From contig OX337231.1 in assembly GCA_946965045.2 (NCBI GenBank), forward strand, positions 1,364,001 through 1,428,000: DNA of 64,000 nucleotides, in the 5' to 3' direction. The DNA comes from Epithemia pelagica (Eukaryota > Protista > Bacillariophyta). The position numbers were made by a program, and so were the translations under genes. Shown piece by piece: positions 44,123 through 54,576 of the stretch; the stretch's first letter is position 1; each line of letters begins with the position of its first letter. A model generated the notes under the pieces. That model was not told the DNA's origin. It did no database searches and was given only the letters and a program-made list of their open reading frames with translations.

Positions 44123-44424
44123 CACAAATTTAGTGTCTATGTCATGACATACTTCTATACAAGATCGTATCCAAAGCATAGTAACGCGCTGTGCAATAAC
44201 TATAGTTGTCGAAAACACAATGCGATTTCAACAAGTCTGACATATTAATTAATTGTCTGTAGTCGCATTGGTGTCCTGGGAGGAGTTTAGACTTGGACTG
44301 AGGCCACAAATGACCAAACCATCGGAATCAAAATAGGGATTGGTATCCGGGGTATCTTGAAAAATGGTACAGGCTGGTCCAACGACCGTGGCCAAAAAGA
44401 AGCATTCGTCTTGGTCGGCCGTCG
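44051..44424 (+). repeat. Left copy of an inverted duplication (PrimPol 3' end, spacer, orphan 3' end of gene 50378-51868)
   Basis: Reverse complement of 51693-52091, with scattered substitutions and indels concentrated in the non-coding middle. Confidence 0.93.
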
Positions 44425-44539
44425 GATCACCGAACGTCCCATAGAAACCATATCCGTTCTATGGTAACCTGTACGAGAAACTATCGGCGGACAGCAATCG
44501 GGTTGTCTTTTTCTTGTGGCAACAAACGTCTCTGCTACG

Positions 44540-45859
44540 CTAGCTACGTGATGTTGCTTCTGTCGGTTGGTGTCGTTGGGCCACATCATCGGCATAGGCC
44601 CACACAAAACTGAATGGACCATTGAAGGAGTCTTTGAACAAGGGTGGTACAAAGCCATACCAGGCCCAGTACAGATCCAGGTCGTGTGGTGCAGGTGTTG
44701 CCGAAACCGTTGGGGTTGCTGTTGTGTGCCGAATGCCGCCAAGACCTAGTAAGGCATTGGCAATGGTGGCAATACCGGTACCACTGCCTGCGCCACACAA
44801 TCGTTCCAACCAATCGGGCATGGCGTGCAACCAGGATACCACGGCAGTCTTGGATTCTCCCTCGTCACGGTTGGTCGAGGGTTCTAACCATACGGCGAGA
44901 CTGGCCAAGTACAAGGCCGCACAGGCCACATAACTGGGAGGATATCGAATGCAGAAATCCAACAAGAAGGCATCATTGCAATAGTTCCAGGCACGTTGTT
45001 GTACTTGTTGTCGATGCGAATTGTGATTGTGGTTTTCGTTCGTGTTGTCGTTCTCGTTGCGACCCAACAGGGCGGCACAAAACCGGTCCAAAAACTTGTG
45101 TGGATGAGACTGGGGAATCCAATACAATGTAAATCCCAATTGACGCAAAATCTTGTGTTCCATGGTCGTCACAGCTTCCAGCCATTCCTTCCACACGGGT
45201 CCCATCGGTGACAGATAGGAAAGGCTACGGTCTTGCAAAAAGGCTTGTTTTTGCACCCACGGCCATTCGGCTTCCGCAGCCACCGCTAATCCTCGTTTCT
45301 GACGGGCATGCGTCACGAGTAGTTTGACGGAAATACCATTCTGCGCAATGGTTTCATCGTCTTGCGCAATTGTGTCGTTGTAATACAAGAGACGTCGTTT
45401 GCGAAACAAGTGAGCAAAGGCCACAATGACTTGTTTGAGTGTCAAGACAATTTCCTGTGTTTTGGCGGCAATCAAAAGACTTGCCATGGCAACACTCCAG
45501 ACATCGACCTGTTTCAACGAGACGGCATGACAATACCGGTGGAAAATGGTACAGGCCGTCCCAAAACACGACGTGGACAAGTGCAACATGCGACACGACG
45601 ATTGAATCAAGGACGTTCCATGCAATCGATGTAAGCGTTCGGTTTCAACCAAAACACCGTCTTCACCAGCCGACGGATTCTGCCCACCCTCCTTCCGGTT
45701 GTTGTGAGACAAGAACGACGAAGCTGTAGCATCGGGATGGGGCAAAATGCCAAGAATGGTTCGATCCAGGTGGTTGTTGGTATGGTTATCTTCCGTCAAC
45801 AACTTGCGTTTCCTCCCTTTACTGGAAGTATCATCAACCTGCGCTGAAGACGTGTTCAT
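44540..45859 (-). CDS. Cyclin L-like transcriptional cyclin
   Basis: HRLHGTSLIQSSCRMLHL...TACTIFHRY...VAMASLLIAAKTQE cyclin box, then MEHKILRQLGF...PHKF and AWNYCNDAF...YPPSYVACAALYLA second fold. Confidence 0.85.
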   Translation of the reverse strand: MNTSSAQVDDTSSKGRKRKLLTEDNHTNNHLDRTILGILPHPDATASSFLSHNNRKEGGQNPSAGEDGVLVETERLHRLHGTSLIQSSCRMLHLSTSCFGTACTIFHRYCHAVSLKQVDVWSVAMASLLIAAKTQEIVLTLKQVIVAFAHLFRKRRLLYYNDTIAQDDETIAQNGISVKLLVTHARQKRGLAVAAEAEWPWVQKQAFLQDRSLSYLSPMGPVWKEWLEAVTTMEHKILRQLGFTLYWIPQSHPHKFLDRFCAALLGRNENDNTNENHNHNSHRQQVQQRAWNYCNDAFLLDFCIRYPPSYVACAALYLASLAVWLEPSTNRDEGESKTAVVSWLHAMPDWLERLCGAGSGTGIATIANALLGLGGIRHTTATPTVSATPAPHDLDLYWAWYGFVPPLFKDSFNGPFSFVWAYADDVAQRHQPTEATSRS

Positions 45860-46200
45860 CTTCTCTGTGCATTTTGTTTTGGATCATTGACGTGTCTGTT
45901 TTTGCGCATGTTGAAAGGTCGGAGATCGACATTTTTTGAGTGGCACGGCAGTGGGGGTGGTGCGCGGTTTTTCCCCAAACATGATGTGGAAAATGCTGGT
46001 GGGGGGACTGAAGAGAACTCCTTATCGGTACTGGCATCATCCGAGAATAGAACATTATTAGAATCAATATGGTAACTGGCGCTCAGGATTGGTTACCCCG
46101 TCAGAATTCCGACCCATCAACAAGTTCAACGTTCAGAACCCACCATTCTCTTTGTCCCTTCGTTGTCTCTCAATCCGATCCTCTCCACCCGACACCGACC

Positions 46201-47397
46201 ATGAGGATGGGCCAAAGTCCTTGCAGCTCCATCTTTCCTCTGGTGGTATGCGTTATCGCATGCTGGTTGGTCACGGATACTTTTGCCTTTGTCCATCCTC
46301 GTCACCAAGCTACTCTTTCCTTGTCCACAGGAGGGTCACCCACCAGTCCATTTCACTGGGAGAAGGATGGAGTGCGTTGTTACTACAGTTTGGTCAATGT
46401 ACCCGTTGAAAAGACAAGTGCGGGCAGCAGTAGCAGTAGCAGTAAAGCCTTGTTTCAGCAGCTCACGTCAAGCAAAAGCGCCTACAGCAACAACAACAAA
46501 AGTGCCGCCAGTCCAGTTGCTACCATTCCATTTGAAATTGAACGGTTGCCAGAACAACCCAGTGAAACAGTCTACAAGGAGATTTCCCAAATGTGCATCA
46601 ATGCCTTTTTCAACGACGGAGTTACAGGCCGAAGAATTCCCTTTTGGAAAGATTGGCAATTGGCCTACCTTCGGACACTTCAACAAACCGATTTGCGGAT
46701 ACGACGGAAACGCTATCCGGAAACCAATATGATGTTTATTGCACGGGAAGTTGTCCCCGTTACCAATGCGGCCATGGTACAAAAATCACCTCTCGTTCTG
46801 GATTTACAAAAGGTGTTCAATTTGACTCCCGAACAACAACGAGGAGGAACCGATTTTGTCCAAGGACAAGTCTTGGGCTTTGTCGAAGTCACTCTGAGGC
46901 CCTACGGTTTGGGATCGGAGCAAGTGGGCTTTGATGACGACAGTCGCATTCAATTACGAACCAATGCCATGCACAAAAAGCGACCTGTCCTGACCAATCT
47001 GTCGGTGAAATACGAAGCACGTAAATCGGGTGTCGGAAGTCGGTTGATGGAACGATGTGAAAGCGAAATTTTGCAAACATGGCCCGCCAACAAGGAAATT
47101 ATACTGGAAGTCGAATCGGATAATGTCAATGCCTTCAAATTTTATCAAAAACGAGGGTTTGAAAAACTCTTTGACGATCCAGCCGGTCGACGATACGATA
47201 CGAGTGGATTAATGTTGCGACAATTGCGCTGTGTCCGCAATGTCATGCGCAAGGATTTGGCCGGTGGCCTTCGAGGAATGGTGGTCAGAAGCAATGCCTT
47301 GGGAGGTGGGTCTATCAATGGCGATGTCAACTACATGGATCTGGCCACCAAGGCCATTCAAAGATTGCGAAGTTCACTCTTTCCCATTCAAGGATAG
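46201..47397 (+). CDS. GNAT acetyltransferase, probably plastid-targeted
   Basis: PVLTNLSVKYEARKSGVGSRLMERCE (motif A) and LEVESDNVNAFKFYQKRGF (motif B). N-terminal signal peptide ending DTFA|FVHP (Phe at +1). Confidence 0.85.
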   Translation: MRMGQSPCSSIFPLVVCVIACWLVTDTFAFVHPRHQATLSLSTGGSPTSPFHWEKDGVRCYYSLVNVPVEKTSAGSSSSSSKALFQQLTSSKSAYSNNNKSAASPVATIPFEIERLPEQPSETVYKEISQMCINAFFNDGVTGRRIPFWKDWQLAYLRTLQQTDLRIRRKRYPETNMMFIAREVVPVTNAAMVQKSPLVLDLQKVFNLTPEQQRGGTDFVQGQVLGFVEVTLRPYGLGSEQVGFDDDSRIQLRTNAMHKKRPVLTNLSVKYEARKSGVGSRLMERCESEILQTWPANKEIILEVESDNVNAFKFYQKRGFEKLFDDPAGRRYDTSGLMLRQLRCVRNVMRKDLAGGLRGMVVRSNALGGGSINGDVNYMDLATKAIQRLRSSLFPIQG

Positions 47398-48246
47398 ACA
47401 AAGGGATTGGATTTTTTGCGCTGTCGACGGAGAGAAGCAGTCATGAAAAGGCTTGACTTGGAAAGAAAGGAGCTTTGGAAGCAACGGGAGGATCCAACCG
47501 ATCCGCATGCAAGGGAATGGTGAAACGTTGGTTGTTTTTGGGAGTGCTACCTTGATTTGGAGTGAGAGGTTATTGCGAAAAGACGAGGGAGTGCAGGAAA
47601 CGGTAATCCATGCCTTCCTCCTAGCTATCTTTATATTATTTCCTATACATAACGTTTATGATGATACTTCCATGGACTCCACAACAAATGGGTCGGCATT
47701 CGAAGTGAAGGAATCATCCACCGGCGGTTCGTTGTGGAAACTTGCTCCGCCATGTAGTTTTCGCTAGTCCTTTAGACAAATACTCCCATGGGATATGCAA
47801 TCACAACATGTGGTCCTTCTTCCATGCCCATCCATGAAGCGAATAGACAATGTTCCGTTTAGCGAATTGCTTTTCTCGACGAATTTTGCCTTGTGGGGTT
47901 GCAATCCTTGGTAGACCAGGTAGGCAGTATAGCTGCTGCGAGCAAGAGATGCAACAGACACGCGAAGTCTTGTGGGAAATTGGCACCATGGGAAGACACA
48001 AACACCCACGGCGAGTAAATAATAATGCTCTGGCTACATGGCCTGCTCTCTTATTACGACTCCTACTCTTACCGTTACTCTTTACCGCTCCGCGTATAAA
48101 CGGTCAAAATGACATGGGACTGGCATGTTTATTATCCATGCCTATGTGTGTCGTTGTTTTAGTCTTGCCCAAAAGTCCAAACTACAGACCGCGTCTCCTC
48201 ACTTTCCACACACAACCACAACAAGAGGTCAGAAAGCCTCATATCC

Positions 48247-48270
48247 CTCTCTCTCTCTCTCTCTCTCTCT
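48247..48270. repeat. (CT)12 microsatellite upstream of the gene at 48347
   Basis: Read directly from the sequence. Confidence 0.9.
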
Positions 48271-48346
48271 CACAAAATTGTCGATTGTGTCACCTGCCGG
48301 CGGTGCGCACCTCGTTGATACAGCTGCATCGTCATTCATTCTCAGT

Positions 48347-49690
48347 ATGGACGAAGAAAGTGCCTTGCCCTCCATCCAAGAAGTGGATACCTCCTTCCCA
48401 TCCGAGGAGGGAACGTATTTTGACGATGAACAACATCAACAAGATGAGGATAATAAGAAGGACCATGGTCATCATCCACAAGCACCATCGGCCGAACCCG
48501 AGCTCAACAGTGATGAGGAAGAATTGGTATCACCCTTGCGAGACGACTTTGTACGAGTTCCAGCCGAAAAAGAACACCGTTTCTCTCCTCAAGTGGACGG
48601 CAGCAGCAGCAGCTTCATGAGTCCAGCTCCCGTAACTCCTGTATTACGGCAACGAGTCAATGCGACATCATCGTCGTCCGATTCGAAGCGATCCATTCCT
48701 GCGCATGGAAAACCAATGTTGTCAGAAACATCCAAACTGTTTGATCGCAATGGCAAAGGCTATCTCGATTCGACCGAATTGGCCTTGAGGAGACTGGATT
48801 CGGACAATGATGGGAAACTTACCATCCACAATGTCTATGAGATTATGCAAAGTCTCAAAGAGTCACAAAAACTCTCGCACGAATTGATGCAAACCCTCCA
48901 AAAGGAGCAAAAGAAATCGGTCAATCTCAAAAAGGCCGTCATTGGACTCGTCATTTTTGCCGTGTTGTTGTCCCTAGCCAATATTGGAACCTCCTTTGCG
49001 GCCGCCCGCTTGGCCAAGGATACTGAGGTTTCCAGCAATGGCGATTTGGTCCGCAAGGATAGTGACACTCGGGTGGGCGTGACAGACAAGTTGACTGGCT
49101 TTACGTTGCAACCGATTCGCAATGAAGAAAAACGACGACGATTGGCCTTTGACTTTTGTGGCCCTGTCAATCAAGCTTTCGACTCGCAGTGGTGTTCCGT
49201 GCAAGCCACGTTGGATTATACCTTGGCCAAGACGATTTATGGTAAATTGTGTCCGGATCTTACCGATGTGCAGAGCAACCTGAATTGTCCCGATGTCAAT
49301 GGAGGTCTTTCCGAATTACACCTCACGTGCAATGAAGTTACCAGTACAATCAAGGGAGGCGCGGAGCTTCCCGCCAAGGGTCCCACGGTCGACTATGGTT
49401 TGACATGGTTCCCCACCTTGCTTGATAACTCGCCGGGTCAGCGTCCCTTGACCACCTTTGTGGGATCCATGATTGTGTCCGATCCGGATCCAGAGGTGTG
49501 GTTTTGTGTTCAAAAGTTTCATGCCAGTATCGTTTGCAATATTACGACCGACGACGATGAATGTCTCTTTCTGGCCGATCCGGTGGCACCCATTTGTACC
49601 ATTTTTAACGCTACATTGGATGAATTCTTTGATCCGGATGGTCTGCTCATTTGTGGTCAGGACGATACCAACAGCACGGGGACGAGCTGA
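48347..49690 (+). CDS. EF-hand-like, coiled-coil, single-TM protein with Cys-rich C-terminal domain (paralogue A)
   Basis: LFDRNGKGYLDSTE and RLDSDNDGKLTIHNV EF-hand-like loops, TM AVIGLVIFAVLLSLANIGTSFAAA and a Cys-rich tail. Tandem paralogue of 50378-51868. Confidence 0.75.
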   Translation: MDEESALPSIQEVDTSFPSEEGTYFDDEQHQQDEDNKKDHGHHPQAPSAEPELNSDEEELVSPLRDDFVRVPAEKEHRFSPQVDGSSSSFMSPAPVTPVLRQRVNATSSSSDSKRSIPAHGKPMLSETSKLFDRNGKGYLDSTELALRRLDSDNDGKLTIHNVYEIMQSLKESQKLSHELMQTLQKEQKKSVNLKKAVIGLVIFAVLLSLANIGTSFAAARLAKDTEVSSNGDLVRKDSDTRVGVTDKLTGFTLQPIRNEEKRRRLAFDFCGPVNQAFDSQWCSVQATLDYTLAKTIYGKLCPDLTDVQSNLNCPDVNGGLSELHLTCNEVTSTIKGGAELPAKGPTVDYGLTWFPTLLDNSPGQRPLTTFVGSMIVSDPDPEVWFCVQKFHASIVCNITTDDDECLFLADPVAPICTIFNATLDEFFDPDGLLICGQDDTNSTGTS

Positions 49691-50377
49691 GGAGGAGGAG
49701 GAGAACCATACAAGAAGGCGGAGAAGGAGGAGGGTACGGACGGACTGGTCCTCCTCTAGAGGGAGGGAAGAGGTTCCTACTAGAGTAGTGGAAAGGAGGC
49801 CTCCCATACTCTCCAGAGTAGAGAGGAGGCAAACGGAGTTTGCACAGGGTACCGCATGCATCACGACGACTATAGGTATGTCGCTGTTTCTATTGTTAAC
49901 TATAGCATTGTTGCTTACTTGTTGTGATCATAGCTCATGACAAGGATGACAGTCATTACCTATGTCCATTGTCTACCATAGAATTGGAGCCGGTGCCCGA
50001 GCTCCTTTGCACACAAACGGAGCGGAAGCGGAAGTCTTCGTGAGAATAAATAGAAATGGGGGACAATCGTGTTTCACGAATGACGGCTGGCTTGGATACG
50101 TGCAAGACACACACATGCATATCCGTAATCCGTACACACATCAGTCCCGCGCAGTCAAAAGAGAGGGGGAGTAGATCATTTTGTATTCCATGTGTAGTAC
50201 TACATAGAACACCCCATCACGCGCGACTGATAGAATTCGCGGGATCTGGAGATGGTCGCTCCGCTTCTCACAAATTCAGTTCGCAACAACCCGGCTCCGA
50301 AGATAACGAAATTTGCGAACCTACGCACACTGTTGTTGTCATCAAAAGAATGAAACGATTGGAGACACTGGTTCAGA

Positions 50378-51868
50378 ATGACTGTAGTAGTCCAAGGAAC
50401 GCATGTCATGAGTGGCAAGAGCAGCAGCCCAAGTAGTAGTGGAACTTTACTCCGAGACAAAACGTCTGGGACATTTGATACGGATACAACCATTATGATG
50501 GAGGACGCCGAGTCCCCGTTGTCCAATGACGACCCGGACGAGAACCAACTGGACAATAATCATCGTGGCAACACAATGCAACAACAACAACAACAACAAC
50601 AAGAGCAGGACGATCCGTCCTCCATTGCACCGCTCGAGGATGACTTTGAAGCCTGCGTGGTGGTTCGGAGTTCACCACCAGAACCTAGTGTTCCATCTGC
50701 TGCCACCACCACCACCACTCGCACCATGGTCCATGCCACTCCTACTCTGAGAAAACGAGTCTCTAGAAGAAGTAGTAGTAGAAGTAGCACCCGATTGACA
50801 ACCAGAATACCAGCACAGTCGACTCCCGTACTCTTATCCGCCACTTCCAAATTGTTTGATCGAACGGACAAGGGGTATTTGGATTCGACGGAACGAGCCT
50901 TAAGACGATTGGATACAGATCACGATGGCAAACTCACTGTGCACAACTTGTACGACATGATGCAATCTTTGACGGAATCCCAACGACTGGCACATCATCT
51001 CCTGGAAACCCTTCAAGAGGAGCAAACCAATCGTGTCAATCTGAAAAAAGCCTTGGTGGGTCTGGCCGTGTTTGCTGTCTTGTTGTGTGTGGCCAACATT
51101 GGGACCTCCTTTGCCGCGGCACGCTTGGCCCAAGATACGCAACTCTCGTCACGCACAGGGGATTTGCAGAGCAAGGAAACGGGGATCCGTGTCGGGACGA
51201 CACACAAATTAACCGGTATTGAATTACGACCCGTGTCACCACCACCACAACCACAAGACGACGACGACCAACAACAACGACGACTCCGTCAATTGGCCTT
51301 TGATTTTTGTTCCCCCATTCACAACAATTCCGATTTTAGTTTTTCCATGCGCTTTTGTACCGTTCAGGCTCTGTTGGATTATCGTTTGGCTCGAGAGATT
51401 TATCGACAATTGTGTCCCAGTCTCGTGACGATTAATGGGAGTTCGTGTCCCTCCCCCCACGGTGGCTTGTCCGAGCTCTACCTGTCCTGCAATGGGATTG
51501 TCAGCCAGCTCTTGGGAGGCCAACATCTTCCTCCCACCGGTCCGACCGTGACGGGGGATGGTCTCACCTGGTTTCCTACCCTGGTCAATGATGGGTCGCC
51601 CTGGCCGACTCGATTTTTGGGCAAGATTTATGTGACCGATCCCTTTACGTGGTATTGCGAACAACACTTTGCGGCCAGTATTGTCTGCAATGCGACGGCC
51701 GACCAAGACGAATGCTTCTTTTTTGCCACGGTCGTTGGACCAGCCTGTACCATTTTTCAAGATACGCCGGATACCAATCCCTATTTTGATTCCGATGGTT
51801 TGGTCATTTGTGGCCTTAGTCCAAGTCTAAACTCCTCCCAGGAAACCAATGCGACTACAGACAATTAA
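50378..51868 (+). CDS. EF-hand-like, coiled-coil, single-TM protein with Cys-rich C-terminal domain (paralogue B)
   Basis: LFDRTDKGYLDSTE / RLDTDHDGKLTVHNL, TM ALVGLAVFAVLLCVANIGTSFAAA and the same Cys spacing as paralogue A. Confidence 0.75.
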   Translation: MTVVVQGTHVMSGKSSSPSSSGTLLRDKTSGTFDTDTTIMMEDAESPLSNDDPDENQLDNNHRGNTMQQQQQQQQEQDDPSSIAPLEDDFEACVVVRSSPPEPSVPSAATTTTTRTMVHATPTLRKRVSRRSSSRSSTRLTTRIPAQSTPVLLSATSKLFDRTDKGYLDSTERALRRLDTDHDGKLTVHNLYDMMQSLTESQRLAHHLLETLQEEQTNRVNLKKALVGLAVFAVLLCVANIGTSFAAARLAQDTQLSSRTGDLQSKETGIRVGTTHKLTGIELRPVSPPPQPQDDDDQQQRRLRQLAFDFCSPIHNNSDFSFSMRFCTVQALLDYRLAREIYRQLCPSLVTINGSSCPSPHGGLSELYLSCNGIVSQLLGGQHLPPTGPTVTGDGLTWFPTLVNDGSPWPTRFLGKIYVTDPFTWYCEQHFAASIVCNATADQDECFFFATVVGPACTIFQDTPDTNPYFDSDGLVICGLSPSLNSSQETNATTDN

Positions 51869-52091
51869 TTAATATGTCAGACGTACTGAAATCACACTGT
51901 GTTTTCGACAACTATAGTTATTGCACAGCGCGTTACTATGCTTTGGTTACCGGTACCATATGATTTTGTATAGAAGTATCTCAAGACATAAATACTGGAG
52001 AGTCATGGTGCACTAAATTGGTGTTATGGAAATAGTTCGGGATGAACATGGCTTCCACGAGTGCCTCGTCGGAAAGTTCCTCGGTGGGATC
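51693..52091 (-). repeat. Right copy of the inverted duplication (paralogue B 3' end, spacer, orphan PrimPol 3' end)
   Basis: Reverse complement of 44051-44424. The orphan PrimPol tail has a 4-bp deletion (GGCT). Confidence 0.93.
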
Positions 52092-52554
52092 CGACATCCG
52101 ACCATCATATTATGGTCATTTGGCCGCTAGAATCTAGGGTCTGGCCTCATCACCCGGCGCGGCACTAGCTGCTCCTTCTGGTATCGCACGCACGCAGGCC
52201 ATTATGCAGCCTATCCGGTGCGGCCGTGACAAAACAAGACTGCAACTTTTCCTTCCAAGAACATCAACCATCTTTGTTTTGTTGTCGTTCGACATAGACG
52301 ATAATTACTGAACTGTATTGAGAGAGGATGATTGTTGACCCGACTAGTATACATTGTTGAAAACGACCTTGCTACTTTATTGTTCGGAGCGCCAGTCATT
52401 TAAATTCAATTTTTGATTCTTCGGAGCGTTGAAGAAAGCGGCTTCGTTTTGGTTGTCATTATCCTTTTGCATGGGTCTTTGGTGGAGACTCTCTGGCACG
52501 GAACCACCCTTGCTGCTCGTCGTGTGTGTGGTGATTGAACTTCACAACACGACC

Positions 52555-53946
52555 ATGGATATCTCCTCGGTTGATCGGCAGCAACAGAAGCAGTATCCTC
52601 CAGCTCAATCTACCTTGTCCGTGACATCGTCGTCCTTGCACTACAGCAGTTATCCACCTCCTACTTTGCCACTGCAGTACCCCACGGCGGCCTTTTCGGC
52701 CGCCTCATCTGTGGCATCTCCTCAATCCTCCCTACAAACGGCACGTCTACCACAACAGAGTCGCGATCCTTCCTCAGTGAGTCGGACGACGACACTTCCA
52801 TCTTCCGTATTGTCGCCTGTTTCGTATCGTCATCATGCACCAGAAGCCACGCCGTTACCGGCCGAACCCTCTCTGGAACCAGTGATTGCCGTGACACAAC
52901 GTCTCTTGAGCTTACGCGGCAGTCGTCCAGGAACTGAAGGACACTTGCACGAAGACGACATTAAAATGCTCTGTCGCTTGGCTCGACCCATTTTGTTGGA
53001 ACAACCGATGATGTTGGAGTTGGAAGCCCCCATGAAAATTTGTGGCGATGTGCATGGACAATATACCGACTTGCTGCGCTTGTTTGAATATGGAGGTTTT
53101 CCACCCGAAGCCAATTATTTGTTCCTGGGCGACTATGTCGATCGCGGCAAACAATCGATTGAAACCATTTGTTTGCTCTTGGCCTACAAGATCCAATATC
53201 CACTCAACTTTTTTATACTACGAGGCAATCACGAAAGTGCCGGTATCAATCGCATTTATGGATTTTACGACGAATGCAAACGGCGGTATTCCATCAAATT
53301 GTGGAAAGTCTTTTCCGATGTCTTTAATTGTCTGCCCGCCGCCGCTGTGATTGACGAACGAATCTTGTGCATACATGGCGGGTTGTCTCCTCAATTGCAA
53401 GAATTGGACCAGATCGCCGACCTTGAACGACCCTGCGAGGTTCCCGATTCCGGATTGTTGTGTGATTTGTTGTGGAGTGATCCCGATGCCAATATTACCG
53501 GATGGGCGGACAATGATCGAGGTGTCTCGTACGTCTTTGGCGCGAACGTCCTCGTGGATTTTTTGGACCGACATGGTTTGGACTTGTTGGTACGGGCTCA
53601 TCAAGTGGTGGAAGATGGCTACGAATTCTTTGGTGGACGCAAACTTGTCACGGTTTTTAGTGCGCCCAATTATTGTGGCGAATTTGACAATGCCGGCGGC
53701 ATGATAACCATTGCACACGATTTAACCTGTTCCTTTCAAATCCTCAAACCCAGTCATTCTCGTCACCACGCATCTCTGGCTGCAGCAACCACTGCAACAT
53801 CGCGAGGAGAAGGAACGCGACGTCCAAATCCCAGAGAGCATAAAAAGGACTCCACCAAGACCACTCCGACAAGCAGTAGCAGTGTCGAACCATCCTCCGT
53901 GTCCAGTCGAACCATGGGCAGTGGTCTTCTTCGCAGCACCTTTTGA
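52555..53946 (+). CDS. PP1: Serine/threonine protein phosphatase PP1 catalytic subunit with long N-terminal extension
   Basis: [48 protein letters not shown] and [11 protein letters not shown] are all intact. Likely ATG at 52555. Confidence 0.93.
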   Translation: MDISSVDRQQQKQYPPAQSTLSVTSSSLHYSSYPPPTLPLQYPTAAFSAASSVASPQSSLQTARLPQQSRDPSSVSRTTTLPSSVLSPVSYRHHAPEATPLPAEPSLEPVIAVTQRLLSLRGSRPGTEGHLHEDDIKMLCRLARPILLEQPMMLELEAPMKICGDVHGQYTDLLRLFEYGGFPPEANYLFLGDYVDRGKQSIETICLLLAYKIQYPLNFFILRGNHESAGINRIYGFYDECKRRYSIKLWKVFSDVFNCLPAAAVIDERILCIHGGLSPQLQELDQIADLERPCEVPDSGLLCDLLWSDPDANITGWADNDRGVSYVFGANVLVDFLDRHGLDLLVRAHQVVEDGYEFFGGRKLVTVFSAPNYCGEFDNAGGMITIAHDLTCSFQILKPSHSRHHASLAAATTATSRGEGTRRPNPREHKKDSTKTTPTSSSSVEPSSVSSRTMGSGLLRSTF

Positions 53947-54576
53947 GCACCTTTACTTTAGGGGCGAGGGCTTTGTTTTGCATCCCCACCATTGGAGCAA
54001 GGTTATCGTGTCCCTGGAAAGCTTTGTCGAGAGATGAAATTCATGGTTCATCCTGCGTCGAAAGCATCCCAGCTTGCGGTCGAAAAGGTTTCTGGGCGAC
54101 CAGTTGGTGGTGGGCATCGAAGTGAATCCACCCCCTTGTGCGACCGTGCACTAGTGACGGAAACGGGCAACTGCCCTTATTGCACAGACCGACAAGAAAT
54201 TTGTATCCTGCTGGAGTAGAAACTCCACGGTTTGTGCCGTGGTGGATGGACCTTTCGGTCCATAAGCAGCGATCATAATTTCTAGTTTAAGCTCTGGGAC
54301 CCTTTCGTAGTATTCTCCACGCCCAACTGCTCCGTATTTCGTTGCGAAAAGGAATGCTTTGTATGCTTGATGCGACTTGGACTCCACTCGATGGTGAGAT
54401 TGTCGTTCTCGATAGTGTTGCCAAGGCACCCACTCCGGAAGGCTCACTCCAAGTCGGAAGCACCACCATTCAGTGATCTTGATCTCCTACGAGCATAAAC
54501 TCCCTTGTCTTTTTGGAGAGGGAAACAACACATTCAAAATGATTGGAAGAAGCGATCATTAATTCCTATCGTGCCC

